From NCBI GenBank assembly GCA_022709715.1, contig JAKLIH010000002.1, positions 1 through 59,784 of the forward strand: a DNA stretch of 59,784 bases. Reading direction: 5' to 3'. The position numbers and the translations under genes were made by a program. The notes beneath the pieces were generated by a model, which did no database searches, was not told the DNA's origin, and was given only the letters and a program-made list of their open reading frames with translations. This document shows, in pieces, positions 1 to 8,893 of this stretch; positions within the stretch are counted from its first letter, which is position 1, and each line of letters begins with the position of its first letter. This DNA comes from Patescibacteria group bacterium. GTDB taxonomy: Bacteria > Patescibacteriota > Minisyncoccia > UBA6257 > JAKLIH01.

Positions 1-128
1 TACGAGCTCAAGCCCTAAATGCCTTAAAGAGACGTATAAAGAAATCTCTTGAAGCTTAATGAAAGTTGGTGTGGGGGTCCACCCCCAAAAGAATATAATA
101 ATTAAAATTTAAATTTTTATAAATAATA

Positions 129-608
129 ATGATAGAACGTACAAAAAAAGTAAGATTAATAGGTGTTGATGCCAAGATGATTGGTGTGCTTGAATATGGT
201 GAAGCTGAAGCTATGGCTCATGATCAAAATTTAGATTTAATTTTGGTTACTCAAAATGCTGAAATTCCAGTTTTTAAATTAGGTGATGCCAAGAAAATGC
301 GTTATCATGAAGAAAAAATGAAACGCAAAGAAGCTAGAAAACAAAGAGGAGATGTTATGAAAATTGTAAAAATTAGTTTTAATGAAGGAACTCACGATAT
401 GCAAACTAAAATCAAAAGATTAGAAGAATTTTTGGATGACGGTTTAAAAGTTAAAGTAGTAATGTTTTTAGCTGGTAGAGAAAAAAGTCATTTTGATTTA
501 GCTCTAGAAAAAACCAAAGTATTTTTAAGCATGATATCAACCGAATACAAAACGGCTTCTGAACTTAAAAAACTATCTAATGGATTTGAAACAATTATAT
601 TTAAATAA
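129..608 (+). CDS. infC: translation initiation factor IF-3
   Basis: 159-aa ORF with IF-3-like sequence, in the classical infC-rpmI-rplT order. Confidence 0.85.
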   Translation: MIERTKKVRLIGVDAKMIGVLEYGEAEAMAHDQNLDLILVTQNAEIPVFKLGDAKKMRYHEEKMKRKEARKQRGDVMKIVKISFNEGTHDMQTKIKRLEEFLDDGLKVKVVMFLAGREKSHFDLALEKTKVFLSMISTEYKTASELKKLSNGFETIIFK

Positions 609-626
609 AAAATTAAAACAACTATA

Positions 627-815
627 ATGAATCGCAATTTTTATGCTAAACGAATAAGAGTTACAAAAAATGATAAAGTTTTGCGTCGAGCTAGTAATAC
701 AGCTCATACCACGTCTAGTGATAGACCAGTAACAAAACAACGTCGAAAAAGAAAAACAACATTATCTAAGGCCTTTACTAAAAAAGTGCTTAGAATTATG
801 AAACAGAAGAAATAG
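627..815 (+). CDS. rpmI: 50S ribosomal protein L35
   Basis: 62-aa very basic ORF between infC and rplT; KR-rich L35-like pattern. Confidence 0.7.
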   Translation: MNRNFYAKRIRVTKNDKVLRRASNTAHTTSSDRPVTKQRRKRKTTLSKAFTKKVLRIMKQKK

Positions 816-839
816 ATTAACAATTAATAAATAATATAT

Positions 840-1187
840 ATGGCAAGAGTAAAAACAGGTGTCGTTTCTAGAAAACGAACCAATAAAATATTAAAACAAA
901 CAAAAGGTTTTCGCTATGGACGCAAGTCAAAAATAAGAGCCGCTAAAGAAGCATTACTTCATGCTGGTGAACATGCCATTCGTGGTCGCAAGGAAAAGAA
1001 AAGAGTTAATCGTTGTCTTTGACAAAATAAAATCAATGCTTTTGTAAGAGATAATGGTTTAACCTATAGTCAGTTCATAAAACTTTTAAAGGTCAAAAAT
1101 ATTGAATTAGATCGTAAAGTAATGGCTGAATTATGCAATAAAGAACCAGAAGTAATGAAAAAAATTATTGATTTTGTTCAAAAATAA
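840..1187 (+). CDS. rplT: 50S ribosomal protein L20
   Basis: Track fragment 840..1022 continues in frame through TGA 1020-1022 to TAA 1185-1187. The TGA falls on the conserved Trp of the L20 'LWIxRIN' motif. Confidence 0.9.
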
Positions 1188-1200
1188 TATTACTATAAAA

Positions 1201-1228
1201 ACAGCAAACTTGAGGTTTGCTGTTTTTT
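1201..1228 (+). terminator. rho-independent terminator after rplT
   Basis: Hairpin cagcaaac/gtttgctg followed by a T-run. Confidence 0.7.
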
Positions 1229-1282
1229 AATTAACCTTGATTTTTTTAGGGTTTTATTTTATACTATAGTTAATAATAATTG

Positions 1283-1840
1283 ATGATTTTAATGTTTTTA
1301 TTTACTAAAAAATCTAAAAATTACAGAGCTTTTTCGTTGATTGAATCGTTGGTGGCGATATCTATTTTAATGTTGGGTATTTTGAGTGCTTTTATTTTAG
1401 TAATTAGAACATTAGCCAATACGCCTCATATTCAAAGTCGATTAATTGCATCCAACTTAGCTCAAGAAGGTATTGAATTGATAAGACAAATTCGAGATAC
1501 TAATTTTATTGGTTCAGAAAATGATTTTAGGGCTAATTTGGAAAATGGTGAATACCAAATTGATATTGAAAATAGAGAACTTGAACAATTTAACCAAGAC
1601 GATTTTTTAAAGTTTGACAATGACAAAAAAATGTATGTTTATTCTTCGGGTGAAAATTTGCCATATTTTTTTAAACGAAAAATTATTTTAAGTAGTGTTG
1701 GCGAAAAAACCAATGTTTTTAGGGTTAATGTAATTGTTACTTGATGTGTAAAGCGTAATGAAAGACAATGTCAAAATAATCCAACTTATACATTAAACGT
1801 CGAAGATTATTTGTATAATTATTATGGTTTATCTGAATAA
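1283..1840 (+). CDS. type IV pilin-like / competence pseudopilin
   Basis: N-terminus ..RAFSLIESLVAISILMLGIL matches the prepilin cleavage/methylation motif plus hydrophobic helix. One in-frame TGA at 1742. Confidence 0.7.
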
Positions 1841-1849
1841 AAATATAAA

Positions 1850-2416
1850 ATGCAAAAATCAAAATGTAAAAAATCATTTACTTTAATTGAAGCCTTAACA
1901 TCGGTAGCGGTTTTTATGATCATTGCTACTATTTTGATTAATATTTATGTGGCTACAGTTAGAGCCGAAAGAATTGCTTATACCATTTTACGAGATAGCG
2001 ATATTACTCAAAATGTTTTAGAAACAATGTCTAGGGCCATTCGCATGGGTAGTGATTTTGAATTAATTGATAACAAGAGTTTAACTTTTAAAACCGAAGA
2101 GGAAGGCAAAAAGTTTTTTACCGTATTTAGATATCAGTATGATGATGTAAAACAAAACGGTTGGATAGAAAGAATAAAATATACTAACCAGACGGATTTG
2201 ACTCCACCTAGTGATTTGGTTATTAGACCCGGGGACGTGGTGCGTTTAATACCCGAAAGCATGAATATTGATGATTTTGCTTTTGATATTTTTGGTGAAG
2301 CTGGTGAGCAAAAAAATATTTCAATAAAATTTAATGCGGTATCAAATGTTTATGGCGTAGAATATAAAACCTTTATACAAACGTCTATTACACCTAGATT
2401 ATTTATTACTAATTAA
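1850..2416 (+). CDS. type IV pilin-like / competence pseudopilin
   Basis: N-terminus KKSFTLIEALTSVAVFMII is a prepilin-type N-terminal motif. Confidence 0.75.
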   Translation: MQKSKCKKSFTLIEALTSVAVFMIIATILINIYVATVRAERIAYTILRDSDITQNVLETMSRAIRMGSDFELIDNKSLTFKTEEEGKKFFTVFRYQYDDVKQNGWIERIKYTNQTDLTPPSDLVIRPGDVVRLIPESMNIDDFAFDIFGEAGEQKNISIKFNAVSNVYGVEYKTFIQTSITPRLFITN

Positions 2417-2425
2417 TTATTTTTT

Positions 2426-2818
2426 ATGATTTATCACAATATGATGGTTAAAAAAAGAAAAGCTCAAGTTTTTTTAATGAGCGCTTTAATTTTAGCTAGC
2501 GTGGCGGCTTTGGGTTTGTCACTAGTAAGTGTTTATTTAAAAAATTTGCGTATGGTATATCAAATTTCTGAATCAACTCGAGCTTTTTATTTAGCTGATG
2601 GTTGTGCGGAATGAAGATTATATAATAAATGGCAATCTAATGAAGACGATACCGAAAAACCGACCTTTACTATTGATAACGGTAAAAAAATGTTTTATTG
2701 TGAATACGATCCAGTTTATGAATTACCGGAGAATAATCAGATAAAGACAGTTGGTTTTACACCATCGGTTCAAAGAGGTATAAACATTTATTTTGATGAT
2801 GAATTTTTTGATTTTTAA
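2426..2818 (+). CDS. minor-pilin/PilX-like membrane-anchored protein
   Basis: N-terminal hydrophobic helix (VFLMSALILASVAALGLSLV). Third gene of the pilin cluster. In-frame TGA at 2612; TAA at 2816. Confidence 0.45.
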
Positions 2819-2820
2819 TA

Positions 2821-2896
2821 GGGGGAGTAAGTAGTAAGTAGTGATAAAAAGAGTAATTGGTAAATGGTAATTAGTAATGAAAAAACAATAGTAAAA
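2821..2896 (+). repeat. degenerate heptamer (GTAA-word) array
   Basis: agtaagt agtaagt ... gagtaattggtaaatggtaattagtaat. Contains a 33-nt exact copy (2846..2878) of 56268..56300. Starts 2 nt after the stop codon. Confidence 0.8.
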
Positions 2897-3040
2897 CCCC
2901 CACACCCAGAAAGGTTAAGATTAAAAATAAAATTTTTAATCGGGGAATGAATAAATCCAATTTATAATTATGCTTTCAATTTGAATGTTAAAACTAATAA
3001 AATAATGTTAACCGCTCACAACCTTTGCTGGGTGTGGGGG
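2897..3040. repeat. MITE-like / long-hairpin element with about 20-bp terminal inverted repeats
   Basis: ccccacacccagaaaggtt ... aacctttgctgggtgtgggg flanking about 100 bp. A homologous copy lies at 58726..58901. Confidence 0.6.
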
Positions 3041-3049
3041 CCAGCAATG

Positions 3050-3170
3050 GCAAAACAATTGTAAAGAGTAAGAAGCAAGTAGTAATTGGTAATTAGTAAT
3101 AAAAAGAGTAAAGAAAAGAGAAAGTAGTAAGTAGTAAGTAGCAAGTAGTAATTGGTAAGAATACAATAAC
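3050..3170 (+). repeat. degenerate heptamer (GTAA-word) array
   Basis: gtagtaa gtagtaa gtagcaa gtagtaa ttggtaa; 7-nt periodicity. Confidence 0.8.
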
Positions 3171-3177
3171 CTAATAA

Positions 3178-3266
3178 CCCTGCCTACCGGCAGGCAGGCT
3201 AATATTCTAAACGAAATACACTAAATAAAATTCTCCACCACGACCAACCAAAGGTTGGTGTGGGGA
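3178..3266. repeat. GC-rich palindromic repeats (type B cctgcc..ggcagg and type A ccacaccaacc-aaa-ggttggtgtgggg)
   Basis: ccctgcctaccggcaggcagg at 3178-3199 and hairpin ctccaccacgaccaacc aaa ggttggtgtgggga at 3233-3266. Both families recur elsewhere in the window. Confidence 0.75.
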
Positions 3267-3326
3267 CTAGCAAGTTTCAAAATCAATGTTCATAAGCACG
3301 CAAATATAAAAAATGATTGAAAAACA

Positions 3327-5432
3327 ATGATAAAAGGTGAAATTAAAAAAAGAATAGAAAAATTAAAAGATGAGATAAATTATCATAATTATCTTTATCA
3401 TGTTTTAGATAATCCGAGTATATCGGATGAAGCATATGATGACTTGTTTAAGGAATTGAGAAAACTTGAAAATGATAATCCTGAATTTAAAACTACTGAT
3501 TCACCAACTCAAAAAACTGGCGGTAAAGCTATTGATAATTTTAAAAAAGTAAAACATCAGAAAAAGATGCTATCTTTATATGATTTAAAAACCAAAGATG
3601 AATTTAAAGATTGAGATACAAGAGTTAAGAAATTGATAGTCGAACATAATTTAAAGATTAATGGTGATATTGAATATTATTGCGAATATAAATTTGATGG
3701 ACTTTCGATGGCTTTGATTTATGAAGATTCTAAATTTATTTTAGGAGCAACGCGAGGAGATGGTGAAATTGGAGAAGATGTGACAGAAAATTTAAAAACA
3801 ATTAGAACAATTCCTTTGAAATTGTTTAACGAAAAACAAATTAAAGAAAGTTTAAAAAAGAATAAAGCTGAATATTTGTTGGAAGGAATTATTGCGAATT
3901 TAAAAGGTAGAATTGAAATTCGAGGAGAAGTTATTATTGATGAAAAAGAATTTAATAGAATTAATAGGGAACAAAAGAAAAAGGGATTAATGGTATATGC
4001 AAATCCAAGAAATTTAGCAGCTGGATCAATCCGCCAGTTAGATCCTAGTATTACGCATGACCGTAAATTAACTTTTAATGGTTATGACTTGGTTACTGAT
4101 ATGGGACAAATAAAACATAGTGAAGCCCACATTATTTTAGAAGCGTTAGGATTTATGGCGAATAATAATATTAATCAAGCATGTTTGGGCGTTCAAGATG
4201 TTTTTAAATTTTATGATGAAGTTTTAAATAAACGAGAAAAATTGGATTTTGAAATTGATGGAATAGTTGTACAAGCTGATGATATTAAAACTTTTAATAA
4301 ATTAGGGCTTATTGGTAAAGGCCCACGAGCGGGTATTGCTTTTAAATTTCCGCCGATTGAAGGTGTTACCAAAGTTATTGATATTAAATTGCAAGTTGGG
4401 CGGACAGGAGTTTTGACACCAGTAGCGTTTTTAAATCCAATAAAAATTGGTGGGGCCAAAGTTACACGCTCGACTTTACATAATAAAGAAGAAATAAAGA
4501 GATTAAATTTAAAAATAGGTGATACCGTGGTAGTGACTAGATCGGGCGATGTGATCCCCAAAGTTTTAAAGGTTTTGGTTAACTTGCGAACTGGAAAAGA
4601 GAAAGAATTTATTATGCCAGATAAATGTCCATTATGTAATAATAAAATAGTTGAAGATGAATCCGGAATTTTAGTGAGATGTATTAATAAAAAATGTCCA
4701 GGTAGAAACGAAGGGTATTTAAACCATTTTGTTTCTCGCCAAGCTTTTGATATTAAAGGGTTGGGGGATAAGATTTTAAAGAAATTAATTGATGAATGCT
4801 TGGTAACCGATGTATCGGATCTATTTGATTTAGAAGAAGGCGATCTAAAGGTACTGGAAAGATTTGGTGAAAAATCTAGCAAAAATATAATTGAAAGTAT
4901 AAATAAATCAAAAACTATAAATATTAATAAATTTATTTTTGCATTGGGTATTTTAAATATTGGTAAAGAAAGTGCCGAAGTAATTGCTAATAGACTTTTA
5001 GAATTGGGCGATATTAAAAGCCCTGATGATTTATTAAAATTGGCTAAAAAATTATCTAAACAGGACTTTGATGATTTACAAGATTTCGGAGAAAAAATGG
5101 CGGAAAGTGTTTATGAATATTTTAATAATAAATATACTTTAAATTTATTTGATAAATTAACAAAAGCCGGTGTAAATATTTTAACCAATAAGAAAATTAT
5201 TAATCAAAAACTAAAAAATTTAAAGTTTTTGTTTACAGGAGAATTAAGTACAATGTCGCGCGAAAAAGCTCAGGATAAAGTTAAAGAAAGAGGCGGGATT
5301 ATAAAAGAAACAGTGACCAAGGACTTAGATTATTTAGTGGTTGGTAGTGAACCCGGGAGCAAATTAGAAAAAGCTAAGAAATTGGGGGTTAAAATTCTAA
5401 ATGAAGAAGAATTTCTAAAAATGGTGAAATAG
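3327..5432 (+). CDS. ligA: NAD-dependent DNA ligase
   Basis: KxDG adenylation motif (YKFDGLS), Cys4 zinc finger (CPLCN..C..C), HhH region and BRCT-like C-terminus. Two track pieces share a frame, joined by TGA at 3612. Confidence 0.9.
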
Positions 5433-5436
5433 AAAT

Positions 5437-6176
5437 ATGTTTATACCTAAAACGGAAAAAATAAAAAAATTATCAGAAAAATATTCTAAAAATATACAAG
5501 AACTAGAATCTATTTTTGATAAAAATACTTATGTATATATAGATTTTGCAAATGTTATTCATTGGCAAGATAAATTACAATGACATATTTCGGTGAAAAG
5601 GTTAAAACAATTTTTAGAATCATTTAATACCATAAAGGATATAAAAATTTATTATGGTACTTTGGAAAATAATGAACATTCGTTAGATTTAATACAAAGT
5701 TTTAATGAATGTAAATATCATTGTAAAACAAAAAAAGTTAAAATAATAAAAAATCTATAGATGTTTCTAGTATAGATTTAACTTCTATAGATTTATTAAA
5801 AAATTTTATTAAGAAACCTCTTTTATCAAAATTTACTATTGAGACAATAAAATTTATAAATAATGAACTTAAAAAATTAAATCAAAATGGTATCTTAGAG
5901 TTGGAGGATGAAAAATGCAATTTTGATGTAGAAATTGGTATAGATATGTTGACTGATTATAGAAATAACAATGTAGATAATTTTATTTTGTGAAGTGGCG
6001 ATAGTGATTTTGCTTATCCAATACAAGAGTTATTATTAAATAACAAGAAGGCGATTATTTTTACTATTTCTAGGCGTGTTGGTCCTGAATTGACCGACAC
6101 TAAGGTTAAAGTTTTTGATATAAGAAAAATAAAAAATTTTATTTGTTGAAATAAAGAAATAAGATGAGAAAAATAG
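5437..6176 (+). pseudogene. NYN/LabA-like (DUF88) nuclease-domain gene, frameshifted
   Basis: Frame 1 runs 5437..5760 and stops at TAG. The reading continues in another frame from the A-rich run at about 5741-5756 to TAG 6174-6176, giving ..CNFDVEIGIDMLTD..FILWSGDSDFAYPIQ.. (NYN motifs). Confidence 0.6.
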
Positions 6177-6201
6177 GTATTTTAGTTTTCCACAAAGATA
6201 A

Positions 6202-6231
6202 TTGACAATTTAATATTTTGTGTGATATAAT
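6202..6231 (+). promoter_or_regulatory. sigma70-like promoter (TTGACA-N18-TGTGATATAAT)
   Basis: ttgacaatttaatattttgtgtgatataat with an extended -10. Confidence 0.5.
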
Positions 6232-6237
6232 AGTGTT

Positions 6238-6297
6238 AACTAGAAATAGTTAAAATGTCAATGGCTTGGGGCTACTTTTTGTAGTCCCCTTTGCATT
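6238..6297 (+). ncRNA. candidate small RNA (about 60 nt)
   Basis: Promoter at 6202-6231; GAAA-tetraloop hairpin ttaacta-gaaa-tagttaa; terminator ggggctac-ttttt-gtagtcccc followed by ttt. No plausible ORF. Confidence 0.3.
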
Positions 6298-6342
6298 TAT
6301 GTATTTGTTTATATATTAAAATAAGATCAGATGATTAAATAG

Positions 6343-6535
6343 AAAAACCCCCCAACACTGTTGAGGGGGGAGATTTTCATTGTTGCGTTAATCCTGAGCT
6401 GCTCTGGTATTTTCTTCCAGCAACGGTTCATTCTGCTATGTGTGGGGATCTCCACTTCCCAGTGTATAGCTAAGTCTGGTTTGCCAATTATCATGAGGGT
6501 GTTTATTCCTCACTAGTGCCAGCCTTGGCTCACTA
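6343..6535 (-). ncRNA. candidate structured RNA (about 190 nt), class unknown
   Basis: Minus-strand TTGACA (6568-6563) N16 TAGCAT (6546-6541). Locally GC-rich with several hairpins. Ends in cccccc-N11-gggggg plus ttttt (6370-6343). No ORF. Confidence 0.4.
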
Positions 6536-6633
6536 ACGATATGCTATCATATTTTTCTAGTGTGTCAACGACATGGTTGTTTCTTTGATTTTTATTATAT
6601 TTTGTGGTATACTTAAGATGAAAAAATAAAATT

Positions 6634-7038
6634 ATGGATAAAAAAGAAATTAAGAAAATTCAAGAAATTTTTAAGAAATATTCAAAGATAAAATTGGCCT
6701 ATTTTTTTGATCCAAACAGTATTGGTTATTTTAATACAGGGAGTAATTGTGATTTTGCGCTTTATATTAAAGAAAAAGATATCATTAAAACATTTAATAT
6801 AAGATCAAAATTAATGAATGAAATTTCTAGAATAATAAAAAATGACAATGTTAATATTATTGTTTTAAATGAAATTGATGATCCAACTTTAAAATTTGAA
6901 ATTATTAGAGAAGGAACATTGATATATGAAGTTGAACCCTATAGAGTTTTAGTACCGCCACAAATATTAAATGAATATGAAGATTTTATACTAACTTTTA
7001 GAAGAAATCAATATGATAAATACAAAGAAATTTATTAA
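6634..7038 (+). CDS. MntA/pol-beta-type nucleotidyltransferase-like protein with degenerate active site
   Basis: 134 aa. Layout resembles minimal nucleotidyltransferases, but the usual G-S and DxD positions read ..FFDPNS.. and ..NCDFALY.. Confidence 0.4.
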   Translation: MDKKEIKKIQEIFKKYSKIKLAYFFDPNSIGYFNTGSNCDFALYIKEKDIIKTFNIRSKLMNEISRIIKNDNVNIIVLNEIDDPTLKFEIIREGTLIYEVEPYRVLVPPQILNEYEDFILTFRRNQYDKYKEIY

Positions 7039-7067
7039 TAAAATTAACAAATATATATATAATATTT

Positions 7068-8330
7068 ATGAATTTAATTGAAGATTTTAAATATCGAGGG
7101 TTGGTAAATCAGGCTATTGATCTAGATTTATTTAAAAAGAGGATGGATGTTAGTCCGATTACTTTTTATTGTGGGTTTGATCCATCGGCGGATAGTTTAC
7201 AACTGGGTAATTTGTTGGTTATTATGACAGCCAAAAGATTATCCAAATATGGGCATAAGCCAATTATTTTAGTTGGTGGTATGACAGGCCTTATTGGTGA
7301 TCCGTCGGGGCGTGATTCGGAAAGATTATTGCCGGATGAAGCTTTGGTGTTTTTGAGAGTTGAAAAATTTAAAAATGAAATGTCAAAATTTTTTGATTTT
7401 AAAACTGAAGCGGACTTAGTAAATAATTATGATTGATTTAAAGATTTTAAATTAATTGATTTTTTAAGAGATATTGGCAAAAATTTTACAGTCAGTTATT
7501 TATTGAATAAAGAATTTATTAAAACTCGATTAAATAGCGAAGTGGGTATATCTTATACTGAATTTTCTTATGGATTAATCCAAGCTTATGATTTTTATCA
7601 CTTATTTAAAGAATATAATTGTGAAATGCAATTAGCTGGATCGGATCAATGGGGCAATATTACTAGTGGCGCGACATTAATTGAACAAATGACTGGAAAT
7701 AAAGTTTTTGGTTTAACACTACCAATTTTAACAGATGAAAATGGTAAAAAACTATCAAAAAGTTTTAACAATACAGTTTTTCTAAATAAAGAGGTAACCA
7801 CACCTTTTAGATTTTATCAGTATTTTATAAATTTAGCCGATAATTTGGCCTATGATTGAATAAAAATGTTTACATTTTTAAGTCACGATGAAATTGAAGA
7901 AAAAATCAAAGAACAAAAGAAAAAGCCCGAGACAAGACTATGCCAAAAATATTTAGCTAAATATTTAACTGATTTTGTTCATGGAGTTGAAACTACTGAT
8001 CGAGTAGAAAAAATTACCAATATTTTATTCAATGGCGATATTACTAATTTAGATGAAGAAGATTTCGAAGAGGCATTTAGTGACGTTGAACAGGTAAATC
8101 TCAAAATAAATGACTTAATAAATGTTAATTTAGCTGATATTTTAGTAAAAATTGGAATTTGTTCTTCTAAGCGACAAGCCAGAGAAGATATCGAAAATAA
8201 AGCTATAAATATTAATGGTATTATTTATTGCGATGTTGATGAAAAAATTACTGAAGATAAAATCTTGTTTAATAAATATATAGTTATTAGGCGAGGCAAG
8301 AAGAATTATTTTTTGATAAGGAGTAATTAG
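7068..8330 (+). CDS. tyrS: tyrosine--tRNA ligase
   Basis: Three same-frame track pieces joined by TGA at 7434 and 7857. Class I motifs and S4-like C-terminus. TGA 7434 falls on the 'NYDWF' Trp. Confidence 0.9.
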
Positions 8331-8352
8331 TAAATGGTAATTGGTAATTAGA
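8322..8352 (+). repeat. heptamer array, left arm of the inverted pair around the four-helix-bundle ORF
   Basis: gagtaat tagtaaa tggtaat tggtaat tag overlaps the tyrS stop. 8337..8351 gtaattggtaattag is the exact reverse complement of 8793..8807. Confidence 0.75.
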
Positions 8353-8401
8353 AAAATAACAAAACAATAAAATGCGAATACAAAAATAATAAAAACATTT
8401 T

Positions 8402-8761
8402 ATGAAGTTGATTGATCCAGAAATTTATAAAATGACACTACAATTAAGTGATAACGCTTGAGAGGTTTATAATAAAATGAGTAAAACTGAACAAATTATA
8501 ATTGGTACACAGTTTATAACAGCGATTGATTCAATCGGAGCCAATATAGCCGAAGGTTGTGGCAGATTTCATTATTTAGATAAAAATAAATTCATGTATA
8601 ATGCCCGTGGGTCGCTTATGGAAAGTATTTATTGAGTAGAACAATTATACAAAAGACGTATGATACCAATTGATATTTTTGAATCATTAAATGTAAAATT
8701 AGACCAAGAATTATATAAGCTGAACGCTTTTATATCGGTAACCAAAAAACAAGTAGAATAG
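8402..8761 (+). CDS. four-helix-bundle protein (23S rRNA intervening-sequence protein family)
   Basis: 119 aa with ..SIGANIAEGCGR..ARGSLMES.. signature. Two in-frame TGA codons. Confidence 0.7.
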
Positions 8762-8830
8762 TTAATTACTTCTCTCTCTTTACTCTTTCCCCCTAATTAC
8801 CAATTACTACTTTCTACTTACTCCTATTCT
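8762..8830 (-). repeat. heptamer array in reverse orientation, right arm
   Basis: ttaattacttctctctctttactctttccccctaattaccaattactac.. is the reverse complement of GTAA-type words. Confidence 0.75.
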
Positions 8831-8893
8831 CCTTTACAAATTTAATATAATTTGATATAATGACTTTTAATAAAGCAATATAATAATTTTACA

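Noticed and set aside
3-59. Possible 3' end of an upstream CDS (..RAQALNALKRRIKKSLEA, stop TAA 57-59)
   Set aside because: Only 19 codons are visible and I recognise no family, so it cannot be supported. The half type-A palindrome at 66-77 suggests the region may be repeat-associated.
2723-2905. ORFs translated from heptamer arrays (2723..2905 minus, 56133..56405 minus, 56180..56389 minus) sharing the peptide ITNYHLPITLF
   Set aside because: The shared peptide simply reflects the repeated DNA (attactaattaccatttaccaattactc). The ORFs overlap real genes or arrays and have no expression signals.
4211-4882. 223-aa antisense ORF inside ligA, and similar antisense ORFs (29872..30189, 35978..36193, 41246..41494, 54909..55187, 55528..55845 and others)
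   Set aside because: They lie opposite well-supported genes and have low-complexity, Ser/Phe/Ile-rich composition typical of antisense frames in AT-rich DNA. They have no start or RBS context.
6236-6254. gttaactagaaatagttaaaat resembles the repeat:anti-repeat GAAA-loop region of an engineered Cas9 sgRNA
   Set aside because: The resemblance is only a 7-bp AT stem with a GAAA tetraloop. The window has no cas gene, no CRISPR array and no nexus or terminator architecture matching a tracrRNA.
6343-6535. Identification of the 190-nt RNA as SRP (4.5S/scRNA), 6S, RNase P or tmRNA
   Set aside because: It lacks the near-invariant SRP helix-8 sequence (GGUCCGGAAGGAAGCAGC), RNase P P4 motifs and a tRNA-like end. 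A 6S-like rod cannot be judged without folding. Left as an unclassified candidate.
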